Part shown: one piece after another, positions 1 to 9,826 of the stretch
How positions within the stretch are numbered: the stretch's first letter is position 1
Layout: every line of letters starts with the position of its first letter
Assembly: GCA_026004395.1 (NCBI GenBank)
Contig: BPJB01000001.1
Coordinates: 15,543-79,542, forward strand
Source of the DNA: Patescibacteria group bacterium
Lineage (GTDB): Bacteria; Patescibacteriota; Microgenomatia; Levybacterales; UBA12049
Reading direction: 5' to 3'
DNA: 64,000 bases
Made by a program: the position numbers and the translations under genes
The notes under the pieces: generated by a model
Told to the model about the DNA's origin: nothing
Database searches by the model: none
Seen by the model: only the letters and a program-made list of their open reading frames with translations

Positions 1-1757
1 TTAATAATTGGATTTAGATCCACTCGATGACCGAGATTGGCAAGTGTGCCATTAACAGTTGCCATATCCAGCATAGTGACCTCAGCAGCTCCTAAAGTAA
101 TAGATAGTCCATAATCATCTTTATCCCACGTAGTTATACCCATATCGCGTCCTAAACGCACCATTGCTTGGACACCAATTTGTTGTAAGGTTTTTACTGC
201 AGGAAGGTTGAGTGAGCTTGCTAGAGCAGTTCTAAGAGTTACAGGTCCTCTGTATTTTCCATCATAGTTAACAGGTGTATAAGGTGTTCCTCCTGAGCTA
301 GGGAAGGATGCAGGCGTATCTTGGAGAATGCTTATTGCTGTATATCCTCTGGAAAGTGCTGCACTATAGGTGATAACTTTTACTGTTGATCCGGGCTGTC
401 GTAGTGAGGTGGTGATATTGACATTTCCTCCATTAGGATCTGAAAAATCTTTACTTCCTACCATAACAAGAATATCGCCATTTTTAGGATTGGTTACGAG
501 AGCTGCACCATTGGTGAGATTAAGATACTTAGACTTCTCAACCTCTTCAGCAACAATTTTTTCAACTTTCTCCTGAAGTTTGAGATCAAGAGTAGTGATC
601 ACCTGCAGTCCTCCTTTTTCGACCATTGCCAAGCCATATTTTTTCACCAGAAGATCTTTGATGTAGTTGACAAAGTGGGGAGCACGGAATGCTACCTGTT
701 GTGGTCTGAATGTTAATTTTTCTTTAAGAGCTTCATCTGCTTGTTTTTTGCTAATATACCCAAGCGAGACCATCCGTTTGAGTACCTCTTTTTGACGGTT
801 CTTCCATCTAGTTGGATCTGAACTATAGGGAGAATAGAGGGTGGGTGCTGCTGTAATTCCAGCCAAAAAAGCGCTTTCAGCAAGAGTTAGGTCTTTTACT
901 TTTTTATTGAAATAAACCTCAGATGCTGCTTCAACTCCCCATGCTGTTCCTCCGTACGGAACTTGATTAAAATACATCTCAAGGATCTGCTCTTTAGTGT
1001 AAATACGTTCAGCCCAGAAAGCAAGAATAATTTCTTTTATCTTTCTTTCCCAGCTTTTTTCAGGTGTAAGCATAGATGACTTGATTAACTGCTGAGTTAT
1101 TGTTGATCCTCCTTGAAATATACCTTTTTGTTCAGCATTTTCTTTTAGGGCGCGAATAATGGATGCTATATCAAATCCGGGATGGTTATAAAAATTCTTG
1201 TCTTCAATGGCAAGGGTTGCTTGTTGCAGATACTTGGGAATTTGTGAAAGTGGAACAAGTGTTCGATTCTGTGAAGCATAAATTTCATACAAAAGAATGC
1301 CATTTCTATCAAAAATTTTTGTTGTTTGTGGTATTTGTCGGGTTGTTAATTCGCGAGGATGAGGTAAATCTTGAAGAAATACATACAAAAGTAGAGGAAG
1401 AAAAAGAAAAAGAAAAGAAAAGATAACTCCTATTAGAAAATATTTTAATTTATGCACTATTGGAATGGGAAAGATTTGCACAGTACGTTTCTTGCGTGTT
1501 ATTTTTTTCTTGCTTAGAAATTTTCTGAGTAGTTTTTGCCTTTTGTCAAATAGAATGGCAAATAGATTTTGAAAAGACTGCGTAATGTACTGAATAAATT
1601 TAACTAATCTAACTCCAATGTAGATACTTAGTTTTCGTATTAGTACCAACAGCTTCAAGAAAATCTGAAGTAGCAGTGCAAAAACTGCGATAAGACTATC
1701 GCCAATGCTGATAAGTACAAGAGTAATCCACGCAAGCAAATACAAGATTATTTTCAT
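1..1757 (-). CDS. class A penicillin-binding protein (PBP1A-type glycosyltransferase + transpeptidase), 3'-partial (C-terminus runs off window start)
   Basis: Minus-strand ORF starts ATG (rc of 1755-1757) with GGAAG RBS. Translation carries the transglycosylase motif (EDKNFY..GG(S)T(I/L)TQQ..) and begins the transpeptidase domain. It is paralogous to ORF 2996..5194. Confidence 0.85.
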   Translation of the reverse strand, partial: MKIILYLLAWITLVLISIGDSLIAVFALLLQIFLKLLVLIRKLSIYIGVRLVKFIQYITQSFQNLFAILFDKRQKLLRKFLSKKKITRKKRTVQIFPIPIVHKLKYFLIGVIFSFLFLFLPLLLYVFLQDLPHPRELTTRQIPQTTKIFDRNGILLYEIYASQNRTLVPLSQIPKYLQQATLAIEDKNFYNHPGFDIASIIRALKENAEQKGIFQGGSTITQQLIKSSMLTPEKSWERKIKEIILAFWAERIYTKEQILEMYFNQVPYGGTAWGVEAASEVYFNKKVKDLTLAESAFLAGITAAPTLYSPYSSDPTRWKNRQKEVLKRMVSLGYISKKQADEALKEKLTFRPQQVAFRAPHFVNYIKDLLVKKYGLAMVEKGGLQVITTLDLKLQEKVEKIVAEEVEKSKYLNLTNGAALVTNPKNGDILVMVGSKDFSDPNGGNVNITTSLRQPGSTVKVITYSAALSRGYTAISILQDTPASFPSSGGTPYTPVNYDGKYRGPVTLRTALASSLNLPAVKTLQQIGVQAMVRLGRDMGITTWDKDDYGLSITLGAAEVTMLDMATVNGTLANLGHRVDLNPII

Positions 1758-1881
1758 TGACTACTTCCTTTTTATGCTGATTGTGTATTTTAGGTTGATT
1801 TAAAAGCCCAACTGTTAGAAGCAAATTTGGCAAGATTATACTAAAGGCCTTAACTATTGAAAAGAAGGAAAAAAAGATTTT

Positions 1882-2286
1882 TTACAAATTTTGCATTTCT
1901 GCATTTAGTTCTGCAGTATCAACTGTTGGATCCTCAATGATTAAGGATTGTGCTTCTTTCTCTTCATCAGAGGCAGGAGTTGGGGTGGGAGTAGATGTGG
2001 GAATAGTAGATACTCTGTTGGGTACGAGAGTAGATTGTCGTTGTACAGTTGATTGTTGTTCTGCTGATCTAAAAACAATAACTATTGTGAGGATGACAAG
2101 AATTGCAACGAGAATGATAATTCCGATTATTAAAAAAAGCGATTTTTTATTTGCGTTGTCATTCGGTATATTTGGAGGATGAATTGGCTCAGACATAGGA
2201 GGTACTCCTTGTTGAGGAGCAACTTGAGGATTTACCATCTGTTGTGGTAAATGTGATTGAAATTGTTGATTTTGATTTGGATCCAT
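1882..2286 (-). CDS. hypothetical single-pass membrane protein with a Q/P-rich N-terminus and PT-rich C-terminus
   Basis: ORF track; one strong TM helix (LFLIIGIIILVAILVILTIVIVF); low-complexity ends. Confidence 0.45.
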   Translation of the reverse strand: MDPNQNQQFQSHLPQQMVNPQVAPQQGVPPMSEPIHPPNIPNDNANKKSLFLIIGIIILVAILVILTIVIVFRSAEQQSTVQRQSTLVPNRVSTIPTSTPTPTPASDEEKEAQSLIIEDPTVDTAELNAEMQNL

Positions 2287-2302
2287 AATTATTTATTTTA
2301 GA

Positions 2303-2962
2303 TTATAATGCACCAGCATTGGTTGCTGGATTGATAATTGATTTATTTTTCAGTTTTGCCACTTCTCTTGCTGCTTCAATAACTGATTGTCTGGCTCTGA
2401 TAATCGTTTGATATGTCGCTCTCAAGTCTTCTGTTAGTGTTTTGATAGTCTGTCCTACATTATTTTTCAGATTTGTCTCGTCTTGAATCTGAATGACATA
2501 CTCTTTTTCGCTTTGAGCAGAAACACTTGCTTTGGCAGATTGGAGCTCTTCATAGGCAGTGGCAATTGCTTTATCAGCACTCGTAGTGTCGTATCCTTGC
2601 TGTTTACTCATAGCTGCTTTGGAGGCAATTTTATCTAGAAGAGTTGTTAATTTTGTTAGATGAGCATTCATGCTATTTGTCCTTCTGGTATTGATCATAC
2701 TTATCTTTTCATCTATTCGTATTAAAGTTGCTTGTTTTTTGGTATCTCTAATCAATGTTAGTTTTGTTTTAAATTCCTCGCGTTTTTGTTTAATCAGGGA
2801 TTGCATTTGTTCTTTTTCTTTTTGTATCTGCTGTTTTATATTTTGTATTGATACAGGTTTTCCCCTTTCCTGAGTGGGTGTAGTAGGGATTATCTGTGCT
2901 TTTGCTAAATTTGCAGAGATTAAGAAAAATGCGAGGATGATAGAGAATATAATTTTGTACAT
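2303..2962 (-). CDS. hypothetical secreted coiled-coil protein
   Basis: N-terminal signal peptide (MYKIIFSIILAFFLISANLAKA); K/E/Q-rich heptad-like sequence. Confidence 0.5.
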   Translation of the reverse strand: MYKIIFSIILAFFLISANLAKAQIIPTTPTQERGKPVSIQNIKQQIQKEKEQMQSLIKQKREEFKTKLTLIRDTKKQATLIRIDEKISMINTRRTNSMNAHLTKLTTLLDKIASKAAMSKQQGYDTTSADKAIATAYEELQSAKASVSAQSEKEYVIQIQDETNLKNNVGQTIKTLTEDLRATYQTIIRARQSVIEAAREVAKLKNKSIINPATNAGAL

Positions 2963-2995
2963 GTAGTTTTATACTAAAAGACACATTAAAACTTG

Positions 2996-5194
2996 TCAAG
3001 GAGTAGGAGAAGGTGAGGGATGCGGGCAAGTAACACAGTATCTGTTTTGTAAAAGATCAGTGACGATAATTTCTGTCCTCTCTTCAATATTTTCTATTTG
3101 TCCGGGTTTGGCTAGATCATTTGTTGTTTTGTCAATCCAGACTTTTTGTTTGCCGGGGTCAATTTTTTTTGGTTCTTGACCTTTAATGAAGTACTCAAAT
3201 CGTGTGGGGCAGCGATCAGGAGTTCCCTCAGGTGGTGGAAGAAGTCCTGAGTAGGTGCAGACGTAACGTCCAACGATATCAACAGGACGAGCTAGCGCTT
3301 TTACTGGTTTGTTAGAGATCAGATAGGACATTAACTCATGCCAAATTGGTGCTGCGCCTGTAACTCCTGATACAAGTCCACTCATGGGTTGATTGTTGCT
3401 GTTACCTACCCAGACAGCAACAAGATAGTCAGGTGTGTATCCAATTGTCCAGTTGTCTCTAAGGTCGTTGGTTGTTCCTGTTTTGACTGAGACTGGATAA
3501 TTGCCAATTCTAAGTTCTGAGTTTGTTCCAAATGCTTGTGAACGAGCGTTGTTGTCTTTTAAAATATCAGAGATAATAAATGCTACTCCGGATGGTAATA
3601 CTCTCTCTCCAAAAATTGGGCTGTTAGGAGGAGTGTACTCTTCTAGAGTTTTACCATTTTTATCAACTACTTTGAGGATGGGATGCAGATCGATTCTATA
3701 ACCTCCGTTGGCAAATACGCCAAATGCAGTTGCCATCTCCAGCATTGTTACCTCTCCTCCTCCGAGTGTGAGAGATAAACCGTAGCGCTTGGGATCTTGG
3801 AAGGATTTAATCCCCATTGCCGATGCAGTTGCGATCATTGCTTCAATGCCATTAAGCTTGAGCATCTGAACTGCTGGTATATTAAGTGAGTTGGCGAGTG
3901 CTTCACGCATAAGGACAGGACCTCTGAATTTGCCATCATAATTTCTAGGGCAGTAAGGTGCTTGTCCTGGATTAGGAAAACACACAGGCTGATCTATGAA
4001 AACCGTTGCTGTATGATATCCTTTGAGTAACCCCACAGCATAATTGATAGGCTTTATGGATGATCCTGGTTGTCTTGGAGAAAGAGTGATATTCACTTTT
4101 CCATCTATTGAGTCATCAAAATAATCTTTACTCCCAACCATCGCTAAAATTTCACCTGTTCCGGGACGTGTGATTAAAGCTGCGCCATTGGAGACATTAA
4201 GCCTTTTTATCTTCTCAATCTCAGCAGCAACAGTTGCCTGAGCTCTCTCTTGTAATGCCAAATCTAAGCTGGTTGTGACTTTTAACCCTCCTTGTTCAAC
4301 TGTTTTAATTCCGTATTTAGCAACAAGTAAATCTTTTACATAAAAAACAAAATGGGGAGCAAGAATTGGATCTTTTATCTTTTTGTATTGTATGTTTTCT
4401 TTTTCTGCTGCTTCGCGTTCTTTTCTAGTAATATAACCTTCTTTCTCCATTGCTAAAAGGATTTCTTTTTGTCTTTTTTTGGCAAGATAAGGATAAGCTC
4501 CAAATGGTGAATAAGTTGTTGGAGATTCTGGAAGTCCAGCAAGAAGAGCACTCTCGGCAAGTGTTAAATCGCGCGCGCTTTTGCCAAAGTAAGTTTGAGC
4601 AGCTGCTTCTACTCCATAGGCTGTACCACCATAAGGAACTTGATTAAGGTACATCTCAAGTATTTTGTCTTTGGAATAGATTATCTCCGTTGCAAATGCG
4701 AGGAGAATCTCTTTTAATTTTCTTTTAATTGTTCTCTCAGGAGTAAGAAGGCTTGTTTTGACAAGCTGTTGTGTAAGTGTTGATCCTCCTTGAAGCTCTT
4801 TTTTGAATACTGTTGCATAAGCCGCGCGTAACATTCCTTTAAGATCAATTGCGCCGTGTTTGTAGAAGTTTTTGTCTTCAATAGCGATAGTTGCGTACTG
4901 AAGGTGTTTGGGGATTTGTGATAGGGGAATAAAACTTTGGTTTTTATCAGAATAAATAGTATAAAGCAGTTTACCATTGCGATCGTAGATCTTAGTAGAT
5001 TGGGGTAGATTATCACTTGCAAGACGGGTTGGTGAGGGTAAGTCTTTAAATAAATAGATAAATGCTGCTGCAAATAATAGAAATACTGTACCAACAACTA
5101 GAAAAAACTTCCACAGTCTGTGGGATGCAAATTTTTTCCTTATTTGTTGTTTTTTCATGTGACTATAATAGCATTTGCTCCCAAATTCTGACAA
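2996..5194 (-). CDS. class A penicillin-binding protein (PBP1A; glycosyltransferase + transpeptidase)
   Basis: 732 aa; GT51 motifs (EDKNFYKHGAIDLKG, GGSTLTQQLVK); transpeptidase SxxK (SSIKP), SxN and KTGT motifs. The true start may be the internal MKKQQ. Confidence 0.9.
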   Translation of the reverse strand: MSEFGSKCYYSHMKKQQIRKKFASHRLWKFFLVVGTVFLLFAAAFIYLFKDLPSPTRLASDNLPQSTKIYDRNGKLLYTIYSDKNQSFIPLSQIPKHLQYATIAIEDKNFYKHGAIDLKGMLRAAYATVFKKELQGGSTLTQQLVKTSLLTPERTIKRKLKEILLAFATEIIYSKDKILEMYLNQVPYGGTAYGVEAAAQTYFGKSARDLTLAESALLAGLPESPTTYSPFGAYPYLAKKRQKEILLAMEKEGYITRKEREAAEKENIQYKKIKDPILAPHFVFYVKDLLVAKYGIKTVEQGGLKVTTSLDLALQERAQATVAAEIEKIKRLNVSNGAALITRPGTGEILAMVGSKDYFDDSIDGKVNITLSPRQPGSSIKPINYAVGLLKGYHTATVFIDQPVCFPNPGQAPYCPRNYDGKFRGPVLMREALANSLNIPAVQMLKLNGIEAMIATASAMGIKSFQDPKRYGLSLTLGGGEVTMLEMATAFGVFANGGYRIDLHPILKVVDKNGKTLEEYTPPNSPIFGERVLPSGVAFIISDILKDNNARSQAFGTNSELRIGNYPVSVKTGTTNDLRDNWTIGYTPDYLVAVWVGNSNNQPMSGLVSGVTGAAPIWHELMSYLISNKPVKALARPVDIVGRYVCTYSGLLPPPEGTPDRCPTRFEYFIKGQEPKKIDPGKQKVWIDKTTNDLAKPGQIENIEERTEIIVTDLLQNRYCVTCPHPSPSPTP

Positions 5195-5231
5195 TTAAGG
5201 TTAATAGAAAGAGAGTAGAAAGTAGCGTATA

Positions 5232-6293
5232 ATGGTTCACATGGAGGTTATTCTCTTGGCAATACAGCAATTACTACAATCAGTTTTTTTAGCATTTAAT
5301 CCGCAAAGATTTGGTATTACATTTTTAGATCTTTTAATACTTTTAATAATTATATTTTATGCCTATGAAGGATATATGGTAGGATTTACCATTGCCTTTT
5401 TGGATCTTACAAGTTTTGTTTTGTCTTTTCTTTTAGGACTTAGCCTCTATGATAACGTGGGAAAATTTTTAGTTGAGGTGTTGGCAATGCCTTTGGGTTT
5501 TGCCAATGCAACTGGATTTTTTATTGTAGCCATTGTAAGTGAGATTTTAATCAACATTTTTTTGCGACGTATTGCTATGTACCTACCACGTTTTTCCCAT
5601 GAATCATTAATAAATAGAGTTTATGAGAAAATCTATCATTTTCTTGGAATTTTGCCTGGTATTGCATCAGCTGTTCTTGTTTTATCTTTTCTTCTTGCGC
5701 TTGTAATTGCGCTTCCAACATCATCACATCTGAAAAAGATAGTTACAGAGTCTAAGCTGGGTGGAAGATTGGTTATGCATACATCTAGCCTCGAGAGCAC
5801 TCTGAATAATATTTTTGGAGAAGCTATCCATGATACATTAAATGTCATTACCATTAAGCCTCAGAGTGAGGAGACAGTTAATCTTCATTTTACAGTCTCA
5901 TCTTCAACTATTGATCAGCAGGCAGAGGAAGCAATGTTACAGTTAGTCAATAAGGAAAGGGTAAATAGAGGACTTTTGCCCCTGAAAATGGATTTTAGGC
6001 TGCGCAAATTAGCTCGAGATTATGCACAAGACATGTTGCAGAGAGGATATTTCTCCCATTATAGCCCTGAGGGGCTATCTCCTTTTGATCGTATGACTCA
6101 ATATGGCATAGAATTTACTACAGCTGGGGAGAATCTGGCACTTGCTCCTAGTGTTCAACTTGCGCATCAGGGGCTTATGAAGAGTCCAGGACATAGAGCC
6201 AATATCCTCTCTCCTCATTTTCAAAAAGTGGGTATAGGAGTTATGGATGGGGGAATTTATGGAAAAATGTTTGTTCAGGAATTTACAGACTAA
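5232..6293 (+). CDS. CvpA-family membrane domain fused to a C-terminal CAP/SCP (YkwD-like) domain
   Basis: N-terminal 4-TM region resembles CvpA. The C-terminus has CAP motifs (GENLA..., SPGHRANIL, YFSHYSPEG). Confidence 0.65.
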   Translation: MVHMEVILLAIQQLLQSVFLAFNPQRFGITFLDLLILLIIIFYAYEGYMVGFTIAFLDLTSFVLSFLLGLSLYDNVGKFLVEVLAMPLGFANATGFFIVAIVSEILINIFLRRIAMYLPRFSHESLINRVYEKIYHFLGILPGIASAVLVLSFLLALVIALPTSSHLKKIVTESKLGGRLVMHTSSLESTLNNIFGEAIHDTLNVITIKPQSEETVNLHFTVSSSTIDQQAEEAMLQLVNKERVNRGLLPLKMDFRLRKLARDYAQDMLQRGYFSHYSPEGLSPFDRMTQYGIEFTTAGENLALAPSVQLAHQGLMKSPGHRANILSPHFQKVGIGVMDGGIYGKMFVQEFTD

Positions 6294-6361
6294 TCATTTT
6301 CTTAAGAAAGTGTATTTTTTTAGTTAGTGTAAAAGAGATTGCTAATAAATTGCACATTTTA

Positions 6362-7129
6362 CTACAAAGCAAAGAAGATAAGTATTCCTATTATTGATAA
6401 GAAAATTCCTCCAATTACAGTGATGGGTGTAACTGCACTTCCGGGTTGAGCCATTGTGGGTGTTGGTGTTTCAATTTGAGTTCCAATAGTTGGTGTTGGT
6501 GTCAGTGTTGGCGTAGGTGTATTGGTAGGTGTTGGAGTAGCAGTTGGCGCTGGAGTAGATGTAGGAGTGGGTGTTGCTACCATTCGGGTAGGTGTTGGAG
6601 TTGCAGTAGGTGTTGGTGTCGCTGTTGGAATCGGAGTGGGTGTAGGTGTTGGGGTAGGAGTTGGCAGTGGGCCACCAAGAGGCGGTGTAGGAGTTGAAGT
6701 AGGTGTTGCAGTTGGTGTGGGAGTAGCAGTTGGAGTGGGAGTTACAGAGCAGGTAGCTACAGCATCTCCTACTGGTCCTTCTCCACAAGAATTGATAGCA
6801 TTAACAATACATTGATAAGTTTTATTTGGTTCGATAGTAAATGTGACGAAGGTGACTGGAGTATCAACATTACCTTCCTTAATAAGTGCTCCTGTATTAT
6901 TCTCGATAATTTTGTAATGATAACCAGTTGCTCCATCAACTGCGTCCCATTCACATATTGCCTGATTGGCAACACATGCTGGCGGCGTAGGTGTGGGAGT
7001 AGGAGTGATTTCCTCTGCTCGTTGTCGAATGTCTTGTTGTTGTTGTGATAAATAAACAAGCATACCTACTCCTACTAGAAGGAGGGTACTGATGGTTATT
7101 ACAATAAATAGTTTTTTATTTATCTTCAT
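6362..7129 (-). CDS. PT-repeat surface protein with a Cys-containing Ig/FN3-like module, N- and C-terminal TM anchors
   Basis: Long (TPTP)n linkers, a central ~90-aa domain with 4 Cys, and hydrophobic termini. It overlaps the next gene by 4 nt. Confidence 0.5.
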   Translation of the reverse strand: MKINKKLFIVITISTLLLVGVGMLVYLSQQQQDIRQRAEEITPTPTPTPPACVANQAICEWDAVDGATGYHYKIIENNTGALIKEGNVDTPVTFVTFTIEPNKTYQCIVNAINSCGEGPVGDAVATCSVTPTPTATPTPTATPTSTPTPPLGGPLPTPTPTPTPTPIPTATPTPTATPTPTRMVATPTPTSTPAPTATPTPTNTPTPTLTPTPTIGTQIETPTPTMAQPGSAVTPITVIGGIFLSIIGILIFFAL

Positions 7130-8379
7130 AATTCTTCATTGCTGCAATTTGGACATCTAATGCGAACATTAAGTACTTGTTGCGGTACCGGACAGCTACT
7201 AGGTGTTGGAGTTGCAGTTGGAGTCGGTGTAGGTGTATCTGTTGGGGGTGGTCCGCCAATAGGAGGTGTAGGAGTGGGAGTAGGAGTTAAAGTGGGTGTT
7301 AATGTCGGGGTAGGTGTTTGGGTTGGTGTGGGAGATGGGATGACAGGTTGACAGACAGGGATAATATGATAGTAACCATCAATATATTTTTTAAGACCTG
7401 AGTAGTAATTTCCGGGTCTAAAAGATGGTAGGATACTGCCTTCAAATACATCTGTCTGCCAGGCACAATCAGGAAGCGTTACCTCAAAATAAACTGTCTT
7501 TCCGGGAGGAAGTTCATAGGAGATGGCGCTAAAGATGGTTTGTGTCCAAATCCAGTTATACTCCTGAGGACATTCCTCAGGGGTACAGGAAGGATAGGGA
7601 TCAGGATAAGGATAGTATGCTTTGTATGATGCCATCCCAACTGTTCGGGTCGTGCTGCCGTTGTTGGTGATTTTTCCATAGGTTTTGCCATTGACTGGTT
7701 TGTCCATTACGCAGCCATCAAGACCGGGGACAAGTTTGGCATTTTGGTAGCAATAGCTGTCTTGAAAATCAGTAGGTTTGGTTGTTGATGCCTTGCCAAT
7801 ATTATAGGTAGGTGTATCTGATATGGTGTATTCTACAGTCAGCTGATTATTGTCATAGAGTGATTGTCCTTCTGTCGCAAATTTATTGTAATTGATAAAG
7901 GCGCGTGCAACGTATCTGCCTGGTGTTGTTTTGCGAAAAGAAAACGCTTTTGTAAAACGTGATTGTGTAGAGGAACCATAGATAGAAGAGTAGGTAAACT
8001 TTGCTGAGGCTGCAAATTCTCCATTTCTCATAATAATATCTGCGCCTTCATCAGATCCAAAAGAGGCAGGGGTCGCTTTATCGGAGTAAATAGCAGTATA
8101 AGTTATCCCATCTGTTGATTCAGCTTTGGCTCCGCCTTGATTTTTGAGGGTGATTCGCACATAAATATCTTCATCTTTATTAAAAACAGTTTTGACATTT
8201 CCTCCTGCATCGGTTAGTTGTAAGCTTTCAACAACAAGATCTGGTTCTGTTGCTGCTTGTTGAGTGATATTTTGTCTTTGTTGCACTAAAAATACAGCTA
8301 GTGGTATGCCAACTAGCAAGGTTAAAAAAATGGTGAATGAAATAATAATTTTTAATAAATTCACTTCTTTATCCATCAT
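7126..8379 (-). CDS. membrane-anchored hypothetical surface protein with a PT-rich linker and a C-terminal CPNC motif
   Basis: N-terminal TM helix, a ~300-aa S/T/Y-rich globular region and a PT-rich tail; translationally coupled to 6362..7129. Confidence 0.5.
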   Translation of the reverse strand: MMDKEVNLLKIIISFTIFLTLLVGIPLAVFLVQQRQNITQQAATEPDLVVESLQLTDAGGNVKTVFNKDEDIYVRITLKNQGGAKAESTDGITYTAIYSDKATPASFGSDEGADIIMRNGEFAASAKFTYSSIYGSSTQSRFTKAFSFRKTTPGRYVARAFINYNKFATEGQSLYDNNQLTVEYTISDTPTYNIGKASTTKPTDFQDSYCYQNAKLVPGLDGCVMDKPVNGKTYGKITNNGSTTRTVGMASYKAYYPYPDPYPSCTPEECPQEYNWIWTQTIFSAISYELPPGKTVYFEVTLPDCAWQTDVFEGSILPSFRPGNYYSGLKKYIDGYYHIIPVCQPVIPSPTPTQTPTPTLTPTLTPTPTPTPPIGGPPPTDTPTPTPTATPTPSSCPVPQQVLNVRIRCPNCSNEEL

Positions 8380-8637
8380 AGGTAAAAATGCTGTTCATCG
8401 TCAACTGAAGATTAATATTTTTCATATATCAGATAAACACATGATTTTTGATAGTCAAATAAAACCAGAGGAGTTGAGGAAGGAATTATGGCATAATGAT
8501 ACGCTGAGATGCATTGTACACTTGTGGGGTAGAATACTTATTTAAGAAAAAGGAGAGAACCATGTTCACTGAGATATTGATTTTATTTTGTGGTTGTGCT
8601 CTATCAATCCTAGATAACTATTCTATAGGTTAGGTTT

Positions 8638-9711
8638 ATGAGCGGTCATAATTTAGAAAGAAAGGGATATTCTAGTAGTTCACGAATAAACAGACGAAAT
8701 CTTTTCAAAGGACTTGCTGGTCTAGGAGCAGAGAAGGCTCTGATCTCTCCTTTTACTCGTTTTTCAGAATCAGTTAGAGCAGCTGAATCGGTAGGAAAAT
8801 TAGATCTAGCTCTACCTGTAGCCGAAAAAGAACGAGATCCTCGTATAAAAGATCTTCCAGAAACAAAAGTGTTTTTAGGGCGAGATCTAAAAGAAAATAG
8901 AGATAGAATCATACGATTGGATGAAGTTGTCTTAAATACAAAAGACTACACTGAGACTGTAGCACAGAATAGATTGGATATAGCAACAGCAAACCACTTG
9001 GCACGTATTGATGCTTTATGGAACTATATCAATGGTGATCTTGATAAGCTGGAACATATGCTCATAACAGGAGAAATACCACCAGAACCAAATGCAGAAG
9101 AATTTATAGCTAAACTGCAAACAGATGATGATTTTTACCTTCCGATTTTTGCTGTGCGGGAGGGAAAAGAAGTAACATTGGAGAACTTGGAGCTTACGCA
9201 GTTTCTCGTTAGAAGTAAGAGAGATAAGGAAGGAAAAATAAGAGGCGGAGTACGCATACGCTATACAAGTCAGCCACCTCTAATTGTGCAGACAGGTACC
9301 CAGGAGCAGCCAGTTACAGGCTGGACTATACGAGTTACAGAAGAGAATGAGCTACAGTACGATATCTATACTGCAAATGTTTTAGTAAAAGGTTATCCTC
9401 AATACTACTTTAGTATGGGTCTAACTGGACAGATAATATCAGCTTTTGAATCTGCAATATTAACTTTGGGAAATGCCAGCCGAGGGACAAAATTTGGTGA
9501 TCCAGAGCTGAGGACATGGTGGACTAGATACGCTCTACATAATTATGAAGGGAGACGTTCTGAAAATGGATTAGCACTATTTTCTGATGAAGCTGAATTA
9601 TTAGCAGGTGAAATAAAAATAGATAGTAAAGGACAAGCAAGACCTTTTGGTCCACCAGTATTGCTTTTTAAGTCTCCTGATTTAGCAGATACTCCATGGG
9701 GATTCAATTAG
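8638..9711 (+). CDS. hypothetical exported protein with a twin-arginine (Tat)-like signal peptide
   Basis: N-terminus SSSRINRRNLFKGLAGLGAEKA matches the RRxFLK pattern followed by a hydrophobic stretch. Confidence 0.5.
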   Translation: MSGHNLERKGYSSSSRINRRNLFKGLAGLGAEKALISPFTRFSESVRAAESVGKLDLALPVAEKERDPRIKDLPETKVFLGRDLKENRDRIIRLDEVVLNTKDYTETVAQNRLDIATANHLARIDALWNYINGDLDKLEHMLITGEIPPEPNAEEFIAKLQTDDDFYLPIFAVREGKEVTLENLELTQFLVRSKRDKEGKIRGGVRIRYTSQPPLIVQTGTQEQPVTGWTIRVTEENELQYDIYTANVLVKGYPQYYFSMGLTGQIISAFESAILTLGNASRGTKFGDPELRTWWTRYALHNYEGRRSENGLALFSDEAELLAGEIKIDSKGQARPFGPPVLLFKSPDLADTPWGFN

Positions 9712-9826
9712 ATTTTTAAAATTTAGATTTTGAAAATGAAAACTTCCATTTTACAAGCATAGCATCCCTAGTGATTTGATCCTCATCTTCCGTACAGGTA
9801 ATTAGATATGCGACACCTACTCTTCA

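Noticed and set aside
1163-2182. Small track ORFs (1163..1426, 1937..2182) overlapping the PBP and membrane-protein genes
   Set aside because: Embedded in or antisense to well-supported longer genes. No independent support.
6470-7330. Possible CRISPR array, suggested by regular short repeats
   Set aside because: The repeats are 6-nt codon-level periodicities inside coding sequence, not 25-40-nt repeats with unique spacers, and there are no cas genes. No CRISPR array anywhere in the window.
6446-7351. Long ORFs on the strand opposite the PT-repeat genes (G/V-rich, C/W-rich translations)
   Set aside because: They are mirror images of the (ACN-CCN)n codon repeats encoding TPTP linkers, with no start/RBS context or sensible composition. 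Antisense artefacts.
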